Below are positions 1-12,693 of a stretch of 64,000 nt of DNA, in pieces. Where the stretch lies: positions 33,728,001 to 33,792,000 of the forward strand of contig NC_043017.1 in assembly GCF_006345805.1 (NCBI RefSeq), given 5' to 3'. The stretch comes from Octopus sinensis. Lineage: Eukaryota. The notes below the pieces were generated by a model. It saw nothing but the letters and a program-made list of their open reading frames with translations. It ran no database searches and was not told the DNA's origin. How positions within the stretch are numbered: the stretch's first letter is position 1; each line of letters opens with the position of its first letter. The translations under genes were made by a program, and so were the position numbers.

Positions 1-100
1 AGCATCAGAAAATCAAAAGAGTACCCAGCAGAACAATACTAACAGGATCTTACAAAAATCACCAGTATGCACATAAAAGGAATTATTAAATATATTAGCA

Positions 101-265
101 GGCGCAGGAGTGGCTGTGTGGTAAGTAGCTTGTTTACCAACCACATGGTTCCGGGTTCAGTACCACTGCGAGGCACCTTGGGCAAGTGTCTTCTACTATA
201 GCCTCGGGCCGACCAAAGCCTTGTGAGTGAATTTGGTAGACGGAAATTGAAAGAAGCCCGCCGTA

Positions 266-308
<43 letters not shown>

Positions 309-535
309 GTGTGTATATGTTTGTGTGTCTGTGTTTGTCCCCCTAGCATTGCTTGACAACCGATGCTGGTGTGTTTATGTCCCCGTTACTTAGCAGTTCG
401 GCAAAAGAGACCGATAGAATAAGTACTGGGCTTACAAAAGAATAAGTCCCGGGGTCGAGTTGCTCGATTAAAGGCGGTGCTCCAGCATGGCCGCAGTCAA
501 ATGACTGAAACAAATAAAAGAGTAAAAGAGAGTAA
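101..535 (+). mobile_element. tRNA-related SINE, family 1 (~430 bp, internal TA/TG microsatellite, GAGTAAAA tail)
   Basis: A-box-like TGGCTGTGTGG, B-box-like GGTTCAGT, CORE-like CACCTTGGGCAAGTG; at least 8 near-full copies in the window. Confidence 0.85.
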
Positions 536-547
536 CAAATGTTTTCT

Positions 548-875
548 GACACTCCGTCGGTTACGACGATGTGGGTTCCAGTTTTACCGATAAACGGAAT
601 AGCCTGTTCGTGAAATTAACGTGCAAGTGGCTGCTCACTCCACAGGCACGCATGCCCCTAACGTAGTTCTCAGAGATATTCAACGTGACATAATGTGAGA
701 ATGCTAGCCCTTTCAAATACAGGTACAACTAACTTTTGCTAGCTTAGCAGACTGGAGCCACATGAAGTAGAGTGTCATGCTCAAGGACACAACGCGCTGC
801 CGGGAATCGAACTTGTTGCCTAACGATCGTCTGCAGAATACCCTAACAACTTAACCAAGCGTCACGTGATATATT
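548..875 (-). mobile_element. Older tRNA-related SINE; its 3' tail is shared with the SINE at 30614-30996
   Basis: Minus strand: tRNA-like head (GTTCGATTCCCGG), GTGTCCTTGAGCA box, tail ...CATCGTCGTAACCGACGGAGTG. Confidence 0.7.
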
Positions 876-1200
876 ATATTTCAAAGCAGACCGCTACAGA
901 GAATCAGACACCGCATTTCTCACACACCGGATAAACGCTCTCTACCATTAAGCTCAGTGACTGGTCTTTTAAATCTGAAAATGTAGATTTTAAAACAGCA
1001 AAATTAGTCTAGCAATTTCATACAAACAAACTCATTCCTATCCAAACTCTCAGTAACGAGGCACCGAGGGAGCTTTTATGCATGAGATCAATGTGCAATA
1101 AACAGCTGATAGATTAACCACAAATTATTTCCTAAAATTGTAAATAGGACACATATTGGTTTCAAATTTCGGCGCAAGGGTTAGGGTTAGGAAAACAGGG

Positions 1201-1366
1201 AATCGATTACATCAACCCCAAGGCTCAACTAGTACTTATTTTATCGACCGAAAATACGAAAGGCAAATTTGGCCTCGGTGGAATTCGAACACTGAACGCA
1301 AAGACGGACGAAATGATACTATGCATTTTGCCCGGTGTGGTAAAGATTCTGCCAGTTCACCGCCTT
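1201..1366 (-). mobile_element. SINE family 3, degraded copy
   Basis: Homologous to the young copies at 32543 and 58626. Confidence 0.7.
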
Positions 1367-2443
1367 AAGAACTAGACCAAAACAAGCAGTACAACAGTCT
1401 CAGAATTAATCTAGAAAATTCCATACATGCTACCAATTGACATATTCATTGAAAATCTCATGTAAAGTATACAGAAGAGTTTTAACAATAAAATGATGTC
1501 AATTTTCACCATTTCATATGCTATTGACAGAAGTAAATATTTTGAAAACATTTCTCCCCAAAATCGTTATTCTAAAGCCACTTTAAAAATAATATACAAT
1601 AATGATGATAGAAATGTTTTAGAGATTATTATATCCACGTATATTTATATTATAACGCATGGACTCTGTGTACTTGGCGAAACTGTTGACCATAAGTTTT
1701 CGTTCTCACAAATACATATTTTAATTATATTTATACGATCACCTGACAAACCCGTAAAATAGACACAATTTCAAACAGATCGCACCTGATACTCCATTAT
1801 GCAGGCAACCTTTCAAAACATCGAGATACATTGTAAAATTTCTAAAGATCTAAACTAAATGCTCGTATCTGAACAATCGACCTTCTTTTATTCTTGCTAT
1901 CAGAAACAAGAAACACGAAATATTGCTAAACATCACACTAAACAATATAATAATGATGCCGAACTGAGAGAAGGAAATAAGCAACACAACTTCATTTACA
2001 CTATGTATAATGCAAATCACAATCATTCTGCGTACATTCGCAAGCACCACTTTTATTCGACACAAAGAATACGATACTGTTTTGCAAAGCAATACCATAT
2101 TTTATTTCATCATTATTATATTATTAGGATGTTTTTCCTCCGGGGACAAATCGTCTGAAAAATTCGAGGACTACTTTGGAAATAATGAACAAATAAAATC
2201 AAAATGGATTTGAAACAGAATACTAAAACATAAAGAAATAAATCATACCTCAACAAAAATATTTTATTTTGAAATTAATTCTTTGTTCTGTTGTATTTTA
2301 TTTTTAGAATAGTCGTTCTACTTTTTGGAAACATCGGCGCAATAAAAAATGGAGATTCAATTGTAAAAATTCTAGTCACATCATACTCTACATTATTTGT
2401 TTTCTGAAATTCCTTTTGGATTTCTGTTTATAATTTTTAATTT

Positions 2444-2867
2444 GGATGTTTTCGGTTTGAACGGCAGTTTTTTCTAGCGGTGTCATATGAAATTGTCACC
2501 CATAATTATGACCCTAGTATCGATCTATTGCATTTCAATCTATTTTACGGTTAGGGTTAGTTAGGGTTAGGGGTGAAGGGAAGGGTATCTTTTTTCTTCA
2601 CAAATGTAAATAAACCTTATCTATTTTTTAAACGAGGGACATATTCATACGGCACATAATGTTTTCAGCTCAATAGACATCAGTGATTTGTTGAAATTGC
2701 AGAAATTGAAGAAAAAAACAACAAATATCTTACAAACTATAGAATTTTCTCAATGAATCCAAGAGAAAAAGATGTTTTATAAACACATTCTACCAGTATA
2801 CGAAGTTTAAAATTTTGTTGTTACCTAGAAATTATGTTAAAAACTGCCGTTCAAACCGAAAAGATCC
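2444..2867. mobile_element. MITE (424 bp) with 29-bp TIRs and internal TTAGGG repeats
   Basis: GGATGTTTTCGGTTTGAACGGCAGTTTTT ... AAAAACTGCCGTTCAAACCGAAAAGATCC (1 mismatch); no ORF. Confidence 0.8.
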
Positions 2868-4053
2868 TTTAATATTTTTTAGTCAGGCCTCAAGGCTGTG
2901 CTCATGACTGTTTACAAGATATTCCAATGCAGTGAGCAGGAAGAAGGAAGGTGCACTCAAACTGAAAACTTGGTCTGAAAGCTTAAACCATAGCGATCTC
3001 GCTTAAAAGGGCCAAAGATGTCGAATATGATGTTAAACCGAGCAACATTTTATAAGTCCACCAACCTTTTACACCATTGCCGGATTTGGACTCGGAAGAC
3101 CTAGTCAATGAACAAACACCGCAAAGCATCTAATCCGACATTCTCACGGTTTCACTATTCAACAACCTTGGATTGATATTTTTACCGACCCGCTATGGTG
3201 AAATGCAAAGATAACCTTCGTGAGATTTGATCACACAGTGCAGCGAATTAGAAAAAATATGACAAAGAAATCTAACCCGAAATCTAGCAGCTTTGTCAAT
3301 TTGTAAGATAAACATCCGAGATTAAGTGAAACAATTTTTTCCAAACAGGTATCAGAGAATTTGTTTCAAGTTGGAAGAACAATGAATGGAATTCAGTGAA
3401 ATGTATGATACATTTTAAAAATGGGATGACGCCCGAAGGCAAACGCTTGATTAAATGCCCCGGGCCCAAGACATAGATTTTATTCCTGAAAAATTGGAAT
3501 AAGGAATACCTCTTGAAATATTCAAAACAGATTAACACACATTTTACTAAATTTATTTAACTATAAATCAACCACGGTATTCAAGCCCCAAACGAAATCT
3601 CTTGTCAGAAAACACTTAAACTATTTCATTGTTATATCAAATGAGGATTTTCTTCTTCAGTATTGAGCAAGGTCTAATTAGTCTGTCCCTATGGTAACAC
3701 AGAAGGTTTTAAATACGTTTGTATTAATTTCAGTTTCGAAAATAACCTTTCACAACTTGTGATTGAAAATGCAACAGTAAGCAATAATCTCTATGCATTG
3801 CCCATCGTAAGGAAGACATAACTTCCATAATGTAGTTACGACCGCAAAACCAATAATTGTTTCCGATAACTGAATAGCTGTCCAACAATTATCATTATTT
3901 GTAAAGTCTGAACATTCACTTTTTAAAGCTCTTTTTAATCTTTTGTTCATCCTCAATGACGACTAAATTTATATTCAGAAGAAAGGAAAATCGATCTCTG
4001 ACGTCGTGAAGGGTAATTCTGCAATCTTCCATTTCGGTTGTTAATCGGTTTCT

Positions 4054-4600
4054 CTAGGCAACATTCTTTTGTCCCATTTTCGTTTCCCACATTTTAACAA
4101 TATCCATTAACATTCTAGTGGATTTCCTCATTTTTTGAATAAGCCCTTTTATATCACAACAAACTTCACGGAACCCTATTTTCGGCAAACGTCTTGACCC
4201 TTTCTCCGCTGATGATAAAATTACCGAAAATTCCACTAAGTTTTTACACTTTCCGTACATTAGTTTCCTGGCATCTTGACAGTGCTCTTTTTTATTATGA
4301 GGGGCTATGGCTTCCACCATACTGTGGGTTCTTATTTCCTTGTCCTCAGGGTTATCCATTCGACGGATTTCGTTATACGGTGTCCTAGGTACAGCATCAT
4401 GTCTCTTCAGTAGATAATACCATGATGATATTTTCGTACAACTGCTTATGATGTGGGTGATAACTTCAGTGTGAACTCCACAAAGTCTGCATCGGTTATC
4501 ATATTTTACTGCTTTTCCTGCATATCTGTCCCTTTTGTGCATCAGGTATTTGGTTGATATTTCCTGTTCCTGAATGCACGTATGTATGTATGTATATATG
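4054..4600 (-). mobile_element. Non-LTR retrotransposon C-terminal remnant (RLE type, R4/Dong-like), internally deleted
   Basis: IQEQEISTKYL...CRLCGVHTEVITHIISSC...RHDAV: CCHC knuckle plus RHD motif; PD..D endonuclease motif not visible. Confidence 0.75.
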
Positions 4601-5105
4601 TGTGTATATGTTGGATTTCAAACAAATGAGATTTCAAATCCGACGACGTTGGATTTGCCCGGGTTAATGTAGGAAATCTCACCTGTCAAAAATCTCACCT
4701 GGCTAACAATTTTACCGGAAAATAGTGGATATTATCTATACATACATTGATAAAATTCTACCGAAACAGCTATCGTAAATTTTAGCTTTTCTTTTATATC
4801 TACGCCACAGCAAGAAGCAACCCCTGAATCAGGCATGCTGTTAAAATGTTATAGACGGAATATTTCTGCCAAAAATTTTTCACACTGATGACCGTTAGAT
4901 AATATGTGATAAGTTCATGAATTTTCTACAAATATTTTTCGGATATTTTATTTTCTTCCATTTTAATGTTACGTGTATAAATGAATAAATGACTGAAAGA
5001 AGGAATGCATAGAAGAGCAAATGCAGAATTTAACAAACTGTTATGGATAAGCAACAGAAAAAGTAACGAATTGAATACATTAGTTTTTATAATTTGTTGG
5101 GGATT

Positions 5106-5323
5106 AAGGCAATGAGCTGGTAGAATCATTAGCATGCCGGACAAAATGCTTAGCGGCATTTCGTCCGCCTGCATGCTCTGAGTTCAAATTCCGCCGCGGT
5201 CGACTTTGTCTTTTGTCCTTTCGGAGTCGATAAATTACATACCAGTGAAACACTCGGGTCGATGTAATCGATAAGTGTTCCACACATACACCTATTTGAA
5301 GCCTTGTGCCTTTAGTAGAAAGG
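5106..5323 (+). mobile_element. SINE family 3
   Basis: AAGGCAATGAGCTGGTAGAATC...GAGTTCAAATTCC...GGGTCGATGTAATCG. Confidence 0.75.
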
Positions 5324-8101
5324 CGTATTTTTTTATGATTGTTTTTTTGCCAATAAAATCAAAATTCCCGAAATGAAGTGCTTTCTGTAGTCTCTTAATT
5401 CTACAAAGTGGATAAATTATCAATAGCATGATAATTTGGGCCTCATATGAAAATGCATCGATGAAAATGCATCGTTTTCATAATCGTTGTCTCGATGGCC
5501 AAATCGTATTGACAAAAGTGTGGATTAAATTTTGAGAAGAATGATATTTAGAGATAGTACGGGACATAATGATAAAGAAGACCACCATTGTGTTGGAATT
5601 ACGCTTAAAAATTATTATCTGGACTATTGTAAACACGTAAAGCTTCTTCCCCAATTTTATTTGAATAACGAGCTAAAAATTTACCTCTTTAACTAAAAAT
5701 GTTTGAGTTTCTTCTGAAATTAAACTCGCTCACCTAAGGAATATTATAGAGCTTACCTTTATGACCATTGTAGTCGAAAGGAATTACGTGTTCAATTTTT
5801 TAATTAACAAGATGTATTTTCATCTTTTTTATTTTCAGTTCATTTAGTCAAATGAGATTTGTTTCCATAAAACGTTTGATCCTAACGACATAATCATTCA
5901 CATTAAAAATGAGATTAGATTAAACGCGATGAGTAAGTTTTACATAATGGCTTTCCAGTCACGTCAATATGGATTCAGTGTTGATATCATATCTGGAAAA
6001 TAGTGGAACTACTTCAAAGTAAAACGCAGTTGCTGATAAAACCATAGAGAATATATACTAAAATTTTACGATTCAAAGTAATCGATATCGTTCACTTATA
6101 GTACTTATATAATTTGCTGTCAATCTTACAAAATTTTCAAATCGTACCTCTAACAATGTTAAATAGCTACCATATATTATCCATAATTAACGGGATACCA
6201 GTCGATACTACTGCTCAGTTATACATTAATACTCATTCTGCCGAAGTTGGTTGTAGCTATCAGACCTCAGGCATAATGGGCTAATCTAGGTACTGTATTT
6301 CAGTGGACTTTATTTACATGCTTCTAGCAAGCGTTAAATGAATCGTTGCAATGTTACATCCATAAATAATACCGTTCATAAGCTTGTGTCACTTTGGTGT
6401 TATAGAAGCAGCAGAGACTCTCAAATGAACATTGCTTGTCTCAGTCCAGAATGAGATCTCTGAGTCTGTTTGGAACATAATACTTTTACAAATCCTCTTC
6501 AATTAGATTATGGGATGCGGCCCATGTGCATTTGGAAGGGCTTGTCACAACGTCACGAGTTATCTTTTGTTCTTTCAAATTTTCTCTGTTACTTAAAGGA
6601 CCCTCCTAATGTTCAAAGCACTCAGTTTTTTTAATATACCCATTATAACCCGAGGTATTGAGATAAGGATTCCTGAAGCGGTCATATTTCAGCTGCACAA
6701 TTCAGCACTGCAAGAGAATATCTTCAATACGTCACAGATTAAAGAAATTCTAAACGGAATTCTAAACGGATAGTCTTCGAATTTTCGTCCTTGCGAATCC
6801 ATAAAGCTTTGCACATACCTAGTACAGAGTCGCGTTCTTGACTCTACTCCGTATCACTTTAAGGATCTGCAGATCTGTGTACCACATTTGTTCAGAATTA
6901 ATACACAGGAAAGTACTGCAATCAGTACCAAAGCTGAAGCTGGCTCTACAAGTTCGCCAACCATCCTCTGAACTTTCACTGACCTATGTTCCATCCTAAG
7001 GTGTACGCCATGAATTTGGATCTCAGGAAATTTTCCTTTCATCTGCAGAGCAGCGGAGCTAACCGCTGCTAAACTGAATGTAAGAATGGCCATTGTTTTA
7101 AAGAGATGTTCAGCATCCCCTTTGTCGGCTGAAATCCAAGAAAGTCAAGAGGTTTATCAAACTCCTTCTTTTTAGCTTAGGTCCAAGTTCTCTTGCTCTG
7201 AGTTTTGAGACACCAAATATTTCCGAGAACAATTAGTTGAGTCAGAGCCTATTCCTTTCTCTCTCTCCTCAAATTGGACTCCTGAATATTGTGGAAACTA
7301 TTGCATGTCCACGTATTTCAATTTTGCTCGGTGAATTTTATGTCCACGCGGTTTCTTCACTTACGAATATGCTTTTACACTGTTTTTTTTTTCTTTTTTT
7401 CTGATGCTATTAGTCATCATCTATTGCTCTGTCTCTTTTGGATCTTCATCCATGTTTACTCTCGAGAATCTCTCACGTTATGTCTCTTTCTGTCGTTCTA
7501 TAGCTTGCTGTCTGTTCTTCTAGGCTAAAGTTGCAGACTTATTTGTCAACCCTTAATGCCGCCCTTCTATCTCCATCATTTGTTTAATGTATCTCAAGTT
7601 GTTACTCATTTTGCTTTCGCTAAACCTTCAGTCTGTTCCTGACAGAAGCTTTCATTACAGACGAAAGTATATTTTTTTGATAAAGGATCTTGAGATGCAT
7701 ATGGGCACAAGCCACTTAATTTATTTGGTGTCTCGAAGCCTACAACAAGCAGACATTTTCAGACGTACAACACAATCAGAGATGACCGAACCCCAGATTG
7801 TGTTTCTTAACAGTACCAGGTGTAGTGATTACAAGGAAAAAGGGTGCCAGGGTCTGAGATTTACGTCTCTTAATCCAAAGCCAGTATGAGGCCATCTTTA
7901 TTGACTTAGTAACCGGTATGATATGGCGGAGATAAACTTGAATCAGTATTGAGATGAAGTTTACTCATTTAGCCCCTAATAGGTATATTTTAAGTTACTA
8001 ATGTATATATGTATGTGTGTGTGTGTATGTGCGTGCATGTATGTATGTATGTATGTATGTATGTATGTATGTATGTATGTATGTATGTATGTATGTCAGG
8101 C

Positions 8102-8650
8102 CACTTTCGAGTACTACTGGTAACATGTAACCCAGTACAACCTGTTGCATGGTCGGGTCGTCGGCGACTAAACCGGCAACCCCACCAGGCTTGCTTGGTG
8201 AGGAGGGTGTTTATTGGACACCCTGCGGGATGAAAAACAAAGCCCGTCAAAGGGCGGAGGAATTCTAGAGAGTCAATGGCCATCCAATAAATGTCTTAAA
8301 AGCTGTATCATGCGTGGGGACATAGAAATAATCGGACTGAATACCCGATCGCGCGGTCAAACCATTGGGAGTGAAGGATTCCTAGCCTTTGTTAGGGCAT
8401 CCTTCTAGGAGAAGGTAACTCAGGTGACTGGGATAACTCCGACATAAAACCTGCGGCTCAGTGGTTACCGATGATTTTGACTTGTTCTTCTTTTCAGATT
8501 ATGGCTGCTGTTGCTTAGTGAGTGGGATTGACTCAATGCACAGCCTTTCCTCACTTTAAAAAAATTCTTCTTGCACAGGCATTGCACGATAACAACATTA
8601 ATTAAGCTTCGTGCAATGGTCATGCTCGATAACGATGGAGCAGCCACCAT
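8102..8650 (+). repeat. ~545-bp fixed-end structured repeat, copy 1 (first part resembles an RTE 5' UTR)
   Basis: Colinear end to end with 21469-22013; contains CTAGGAGAAGGTAACTC; flanked by microsatellites. Confidence 0.75.
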
Positions 8651-10008
8651 GTATGTATGCATGTGTATATATAGGTGGGTTAGTATTTTAGTACAATTCA
8701 AATTTAAGAAGTAACTACTAAGTGTTAAACTTCGCGTATAACTTTATATATATGTATGTGTCTGTGAGCATGTACACACATACATATATTCGGGTGTCCA
8801 TGCGTCTGTCTATATTCTATTCAGTTCATGTATAAGGGAATGAATTTCAAGCAAGTTTCCTCTCTTGTGAAAAGAAATTGAAGAAGAAAATTTTTTTAAA
8901 TGTTTTATACTTAGACAGAAACCTAAATCGAACGCATGTCAAGTGCATTGTGTTGGATGTGGTTGAAGATCTCTGAAGATGCCAGTTGAGAAAAAGGAAC
9001 ATAGTTGAGTTTATCGGTCTCTTCTCTGGGGCCACACAGGCATACAGAATACAACAACGCAAAAATATATAATAATAAAAAACAAGTAAAAACAGCACTT
9101 TTGAAGAACGGCTTCCTACCACCGTTGGCAATGAATATAGTGGAATCGCTTTACCGTATCTGCATGAGAATATTCTTTCGCCTCTCCATTCTCTCAGAAC
9201 TACAACGAATTAAAAACAACATTAATTTTCATAAAATGTTCCTATCTAGTTGACATTGTCAATTTGGTCTTCTTTCTCTCTCTCTTACTCAATTATTGCC
9301 AATACAATAAAATTAATGTACCACTAAAATGTTTTGCACCAGTGAGACATGATATTGTCGAAAGAGGTCGGATACAAATATTATCGTTACAACTAAAGTA
9401 AACAGAGAGGGAGATAATATGTCTTCTATATAATTGATATACTAACATGTGAGAATAAATTTCCACTTAAATGTTTCCCCTTCCAAACAATGAAAACACA
9501 CGAAAAACCATTACATTGACACACTCATACATAAATATAGCTACAGGTGGGTCTGTATATACGTATATATATGCATATATATGCTTGTATTGATGTATGT
9601 AGATGTGCACAGATGTATGTATAGATGTGAGTTTATGCGAATGCCACTGTGTGTGTGCGTGTGTCTATGTGCGTGTGTCTGTGTCTGTGTGCGTGTGTCT
9701 GAGTGCTTAAGTATTTTTGAAAGTGATTTGGGGAGATCGACTCAGGATCTTGAGGTCGTGGGTTGAAAACTGGACAAGTGATATAGTACAAGTCATTTTA
9801 TGTGATGTGTCCCCAATGTCTGGAACTGAAAACTAGTAACAAGGGATAGGTTAAGGTCGACATGTTGAAAGGATATCTTTATCTCCTTACACTTATATAA
9901 GCACGTAAAACTACTAGGGATACAGGAACATATTGTATGAATTCCTGAGATAAATTGGTGAGACTAACGGCTAAATTCCTGAGACTAACGGCTAGCTGTT
10001 CTGTATAT

Positions 10009-10043
<35 letters not shown>

Positions 10044-10280
10044 CATTTACATGTTTCCGTTTTCCAAAAATCTTATCAAAAATATGTACTAAAATGGAAT
10101 ATGTAGAGAGAAAAGAGCTATTAATAGAGTTAAATTAAAATTAAAATTAAGATTCATAGTTTACTTTCGTTTTTCCTGCAAGAGCACGTGGTAATTTCCG
10201 TTATTTTGGTGGCATAAGTTGAACTGTCTGTGACCGCAACTTACTACTGTCTGTTTTCGTAAATTAAATACTTTGACTTG

Positions 10281-10935
10281 TTTTCAAGTTTATTCTACGG
10301 TATCCCCAAGATCCACAAAAGCAATATAATAAGCGAGGCATGCAAAGAAGCTACAGACATAATGATCAAGGTCCCCTCTCCCGAGGACCTGAAACTAAGA
10401 CCAATAATAGCAGGTCCAGCATGCGAAACCCACAACCTCAGCAAATTCCTGGACACTCTACTGAAGCCCTTCCTCAAAAACATCAAGACCTATAAAGGGA
10501 TGATCTGGAAATACTCAACTATCTCCCCAAAACAGTTAATGAGAAAACACTGCTGGTATCCTTCGACGTAGTCAAACCTATATTCAAATATCCCATATAT
10601 CCTAGGAATAGAAGGCATCACATTCTGCTTAGACAATTACACCTATGAACTCCCCTCTCACATTAAAAGAGAAATCATAATAGAAGGACTCAAATTTATC
10701 CTAGAAAAGAATTATTTTATATTTAACAATGATTACTTCCGACAAAATAGGGAATAGCAATGGGAACACAGACTGCACTTTCTTTTGCGAACCTGGTGAT
10801 GGGCTATTTCGAAATTAATCTATAGTAGAGAACACTCGAGAAATATGGAAGCTCCTTTTCAACCTACATTCAAAACAACTGGAAAAGTTATCTCGATGAC
10901 TGCTTCATCCTCTGGAATGGAAGAATAGAACAAAT
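10281..10935 (+). mobile_element. Penelope-like element reverse transcriptase remnant (Penelope/Poseidon type), frameshifted
   Basis: FYGIPKIHK...LRPIIAG...LLVSFDVV.LYSNIP...GIAMGT...YLDDCFILW across frames. Confidence 0.9.
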
Positions 10936-10949
10936 TAACTTTTTCTTCC

Positions 10950-11284
10950 GTGCATCTAGTTTCCATTATATTTAGTTTAGTTTTCATCACGTATTAAGTG
11001 TTGATCTTGTTACACTTTAGTGGCTTTCCATTCGAATCAGATCCTATATTCCTTGCGTGCAGAGTAGTTCTCTTTTGTTTATATCATATGAAGGTCGTAT
11101 ATTCACAACCCTTGAAGTAATTTATGCAGAACCACTTTAAATCCCTTAAATTTTAATTTATTGTGTTGAAGAAGCCGTTCTTTATAACATAGATGACAAT
11201 CTATAGCTGCTATCTTATAGCCTCGTGTCACAAAATGAATGGTTAATGAGAGAAAGGAATAGTAGACCGAGTCTTCTTCCATTT

Positions 11285-11332
<48 letters not shown>

Positions 11333-11850
11333 TTTAATGTGCTAAAGGCGTTGAGCAGACAATTCGTAGCGTCGCAAAATACGTTGTACAGCACATGTTC
11401 CGATTCTTTATTTTATGAGTTTCAATCCTTCCGAAGTTAACTTCACTTCTCATCTCTGCGGATTCGATAAAATAAAGAATAGCATACGTAGTTAAGTACT
11501 AGGGATGATATTGTTGACTTTGGGCTTGATTCAGAGATCATTTCTAGTTTTATTCGTTTCATATTCTTGAAGTATTTTCCTGCTGCAAATGGGTCTGGTC
11601 TAATTTACTTATTTTGTAGACTTTACCATACTTAGCTTTTCTTTTACGATAGCTTTAATCCCATACTTATGTTCTGAATGTCTGAACAAATTTTGTAGGG
11701 GATCCAACTTTCTATTAATTCTTGTAAATATTTTAAATTAATCCATGCCGAAAAAAGAATATAATTTGTCCGTTATATTTTTAACTGTCTTTGGATTCAT
11801 TCAATAGATGTCTAACGCGGTCATATCAAGCAAAAATGTAGGAAGTGATT
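10950..11850 (-). mobile_element. Highly decayed second PLE remnant (RT thumb-like and GIY-YIG C-terminal-like pieces)
   Basis: Minus-strand fragments KERLLQHNK, IRPSYDINKRELLC and DKLYSFFGMD.FKIFTRINRK resemble Neptune/Naiad-type PLE motifs; many stops. Confidence 0.4.
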
Positions 11851-11967
11851 GTGTAAGCTAAATAAAAAGATACCCTGCGATCTTAAGTACACAATATAAC
11901 GTACATACTGTGAAGCCATACATATTCCGAAAATATATTATTCGTTTTTTTTTCTAAATATACATTA

Positions 11968-12361
11968 CTAGCAGTATCGCCCGGCGTTGCTCGGGTTTGT
12001 AAGGGAAATAACTATATAAACATTTTTAGAGATGTAAAGTATAATAGCCATCTCAATATGGTTAACCACAAAGGGGGGTGTTACTGTAGATTTTTACGTT
12101 CTGAGAATTAATAATAAATTTTTAGAGAGTTACTTCCCTTATATATGCCAAAAATGCATTAAAGATGGGAAAAATTGATGGTAATTTTTTTTTAAATCGT
12201 AGACTCATCGTAGACGCACGCTAATACCCAGAAGGGCTTGATATGAATCACGACTATAAGATACCCGGTTTTGGTTAAACTGCACCGCAAAATGTGGGAG
12301 TAGTTAGGAATCTAAATCGTAGGAGACAGACAGCACACAACCTCACTTTTATATATAAAGA
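11968..12361 (-). mobile_element. Non-autonomous Helitron (394 bp)
   Basis: Minus strand: A|TC 5' end, 3' hairpin CCCGAGCAACGCCGGG, 8-nt spacer, CTAG|T. Confidence 0.85.
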
Positions 12362-12481
12362 TTTCGTATTATGTATACGTTTCAATCTAGAGTTGTACCA
12401 ATTCTACTTATGAGCCGCCCTTTCTAAAGTAAGAGAGGAATTTTAACCAAGTCTCTTAACTGTCGTTAATATGCGTTTTCA

Positions 12482-12693
12482 CCTGGCAGAATCGTTAGCA
12501 CACCGGGAAAAAAAGTTTTGCTGCATTTCGTTCGTTTGCACGTTCTGGGATCAAATTCCGCCCAGGTCGACTTTGCCTTTCATCTAATCGAGGCCGATAA
12601 AATAAGTACTAGTTGAGAACTGAGATCGATGCAATCGACTTACTCCCTCTCCCCCCTAAATTACTGGCCTTGTGCCAAAACTTGAATCCAATA
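12482..12693 (+). mobile_element. SINE family 3, degraded
   Basis: CTGGCAGAATCGTTAGC...TCAAATTCCGCC...GTCGACTTTGCCTTT. Confidence 0.7.

Noticed and set aside
101-180. tRNA-like heads of SINEs (also 13246, 30996, 41480)
   Set aside because: A and B boxes are present, but there is no complete cloverleaf and each continues into a SINE body; not tRNA genes.
370-430. GTCCCCGT...GG-hairpin in SINE family 1, resembling an HDV-like ribozyme
   Set aside because: P1/P3 pairing and the catalytic C in J4/2 could not be assigned.
1850-2213. Overlapping ORFs, one with hydrophobic stretches
   Set aside because: No recognisable motif or splice context; compatible with AT-rich random sequence.
2890-3520. 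Protein-looking frame and a 42-codon open stretch after CCAAACAG (GIREFVSSWK...)
   Set aside because: Stop density of the long frame is about what AT-rich DNA gives by chance; no homology recognised.
5447-5474. Short tandem duplications (also about 6737-6760, 9957-9990, 44640-44720)
   Set aside because: Ordinary slippage duplications with no further structure.
5839-5932. Strong acceptor and GTAAGT donor around 94 nt; similar cases at 29248-29296 and 33833-33941
   Set aside because: The first has stops in all frames, phases do not chain into a protein, and GTAAGT is expected many times by chance in 64 kb.
6260-7290. GC-richer non-repetitive block, possibly an old retroelement
   Set aside because: No diagnostic motif in the frames I read; cannot be assigned.
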